This document shows, one piece after another, positions 1 through 1,200 of a stretch of 1,200 nucleotides of DNA. This DNA comes from a phage, in the sequence record MN525562.1. One strand, 5' to 3'. Below the pieces are notes generated by a model, which searched no databases, was not told where the DNA came from, and saw only the letters and a program-made list of their open reading frames with translations. Every line of letters begins with the position of its first letter. The stretch's first letter is position 1. Both the position numbers and the translations under genes were made by a program.

Positions 1-1200
1 ATGCTTAATTATAATGCTCCTATTGATGGTCAGAAATCTTCTATTGATGGTGCTGGTTCTGATCAGATGAATACTTATTATTGGCTTAAAAAAGCTATTA
101 TTCAGTCTCGTAAAGATCAGTATTTTATGCCTCTTGCTAATACTATTAATATGCCTAAAAATTATGGTAAAACTGTTAAAGTTTATGAGTATGTTCCTCT
201 TCTTGATGATAAAAATATTAATGATCAGGGTATTGATGCTAATGGTGCTACTATTGTTAATGGTAATCTTTATGGTTCTTCTCGTGATGTTGGTAATATT
301 ACTTCTAAACTTCCTCTTCTTACTGAGAATGGTGGTCGTGTTAATCGTGTTGGTTTTACTCGTCTTTCTCGTGAGGGTTCTATTCATAAATTTGGTTTTT
401 TTTATGAGTTTACTCAGGAGTCTCTTGATTTTGATTCTGATGATCAGCTTAAAGAGCATCTTTCTCGTGAGCTTATGAATGGTGCTGTTCAGCTTACTGA
501 GGCTGTTCTTCAGAAAGATCTTCTTGCTGCTGCTGGTACTGTTCTTTATGCTGGTGCTGCTACTTCTGATGCTACTATTACTGGTGAGGGTGCTACTCCT
601 TCTGTTGTTTCTTATAAAAATCTTATGCGTCTTGATCAGATTCTTACTGAGAATCGTACTCCTACTCAGACTACTATTATTACTGGTTCTAAACTTACTG
701 ATACTAAAGTTCTTGGTGGTACTCGTGTTATGTATGTTGGTTCTGAGCTTGTTCCTGAGCTTAAAGCTATGAAAGATCTTTTTGGTAATAAAGCTTTTAT
801 TGAGGTTCAGCATTATGCTGATGCTGGTACTCTTATGAATGGTGAGATTGGTTGCATTGATAAATTTCGTATTATTCAGGTTCCTGAGATGCTTCATTGG
901 GCTGGTGCTGGTGCTCAGGTTTCTACTAATCCTGGTTATCGTTCTTCTATGGTTTCTGGTGAGGAGCATTATGATGTTTTTCCTATGCTTGTTGTTGGTG
1001 ATGATTCTTTTTCTACTATTGGTTTTCAGACTGATGGTAAATCTGTTAAATTTTCTATTATGACTAAAATGCCTGGTCGTGAGACTGCTGATCGTAATGA
1101 TCCTTATGGTGAGACTGGTTTTTCTTCTATTAAATGGTATTATGGTATTCTTGTTAAACGTCCTGAGCGTCTTGCTCTTATTAAAACTGTTGCTCCTCTT
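1..1200 (+). CDS. Putative phage major capsid protein (HK97-fold, N4 gp56-like size class suspected); 3'-partial, no stop codon in window; sequence appears synthetically back-translated
   Basis: Seen directly: ATG at 1-3 followed by 399 further sense codons in frame +1 with no stop, in a sequence of roughly mid-30s % GC by eye, where an open frame of this length is very unlikely by chance. Translation: [400 protein letters not shown]. It is globular-looking, has a single Cys, and is rich in Gly/Thr/Ser/Ala/Asp/Asn. Product call is from recollection only: the C-terminal '[10 protein letters not shown]' resembles the 'RPE/RPT + hydrophobic' motif near the C-termini of T7 gp10 (LRPEAAG), P22 coat (TRPEAIG) and HK97 gp5 (YRPTAIIKG). 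Confidence that this is the coding frame is high; confidence in the capsid assignment is about 0.5-0.6. The opposite strand and frames +2/+3 show no credible coding potential. Confidence 0.75.
   Translation, partial: MLNYNAPIDGQKSSIDGAGSDQMNTYYWLKKAIIQSRKDQYFMPLANTINMPKNYGKTVKVYEYVPLLDDKNINDQGIDANGATIVNGNLYGSSRDVGNITSKLPLLTENGGRVNRVGFTRLSREGSIHKFGFFYEFTQESLDFDSDDQLKEHLSRELMNGAVQLTEAVLQKDLLAAAGTVLYAGAATSDATITGEGATPSVVSYKNLMRLDQILTENRTPTQTTIITGSKLTDTKVLGGTRVMYVGSELVPELKAMKDLFGNKAFIEVQHYADAGTLMNGEIGCIDKFRIIQVPEMLHWAGAGAQVSTNPGYRSSMVSGEEHYDVFPMLVVGDDSFSTIGFQTDGKSVKFSIMTKMPGRETADRNDPYGETGFSSIKWYYGILVKRPERLALIKTVAPL

Noticed and set aside
10-15. Perfect sigma70 -10 consensus hexamer TATAAT
   Set aside because: It is generated by the codons aat-tat-aat (Asn-Tyr-Asn) inside the CDS. 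No convincing -35 partner was identified, and in a T/A-rich recoded sequence such hexamers arise by chance.
22-51. 9-bp direct repeat attgatggt at 22-30 and 43-51
   Set aside because: It encodes the tripeptide Ile-Asp-Gly twice (PIDG...SIDG). With one codon per amino acid, any repeated peptide gives an identical DNA repeat, so this is not an independent repeat element.
396-403. T8 homopolymer, a possible slippage or frameshift site
   Set aside because: It arises from the Gly-Phe-Phe-Tyr codons (ggt ttt ttt tat) under the fixed table. There is no adjacent slippery-site or stimulatory-structure context, and no plausible alternative-frame product.
134-478. ORF-track frame +2 ORF (114 aa), extremely Leu/Val/Ile/Phe/Met-rich, superficially like a small membrane protein
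   Set aside because: It lies entirely inside the frame +1 CDS. Its low-complexity hydrophobic translation is the expected by-product of reading T-ending codons out of register, and it has no independent start context.
479-772. ORF-track frame +2 ORF (97 aa), poly-Leu/Val-rich
   Set aside because: Same artefact: an off-frame reading of the real CDS with a low-complexity translation.
901-915. Short tandem repeat (gctggt)x2.5
   Set aside because: It encodes AGAGA and is a protein-level small-residue patch, not a microsatellite or CRISPR-like repeat.
961-976. Shine-Dalgarno-like GAGGAG followed 4-7 nt later by ATG triplets in frame +2
   Set aside because: GAGGAG is simply Glu-Glu (gag gag) in the real frame. 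The downstream ATGs are off-frame, internal to an artefactual ORF, and give a low-complexity translation.
839-1063. ORF-track frame +2 ORF (74 aa), hydrophobic low-complexity
   Set aside because: Same artefact: an off-frame reading of the real CDS.
1-1200. Minus-strand coding potential, RNA genes, CRISPR arrays, mobile-element termini, terminators
   Set aside because: No minus-strand ORF appears in the track, and the reverse complement of the common ctt-aat, gct-act and gat-cag junctions creates frequent stops. I saw no spaced repeats, inverted-repeat termini, or stem-loop with a T-tract independent of the coding pattern, and no tRNA- or rRNA-like segment.

Overview
The whole 1200-nt window is a single uninterrupted + strand reading frame (frame +1, nt 1-1200, 400 sense codons, no stop), so the CDS is 3'-partial. 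It is absent from the supplied ORF track, presumably because no stop codon falls in the window. The translation begins [31 protein letters not shown] and ends [23 protein letters not shown]. Its size, composition, near-absence of Cys and C-terminal 'RPE + hydrophobic' motif make it look like a phage HK97-fold major capsid protein, possibly of the roughly 400-aa N4 gp56-like class; this is from memory, not a search. The most striking observation is at the DNA level: every amino acid is encoded by exactly one codon throughout (20 codons used in total). No natural gene does this, so the window is almost certainly an in-silico back-translated or otherwise synthetic recoding of a protein, not native genomic DNA. 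Because of this, nucleotide-level signals such as promoter-like hexamers, SD-like motifs, homopolymers, short repeats and the three listed off-frame ORFs are by-products of the fixed codon table and carry no independent information. No non-coding sequence, RNA gene, mobile element, CRISPR array or multi-gene system is visible; a single structural gene cannot by itself support a claim of a novel system.
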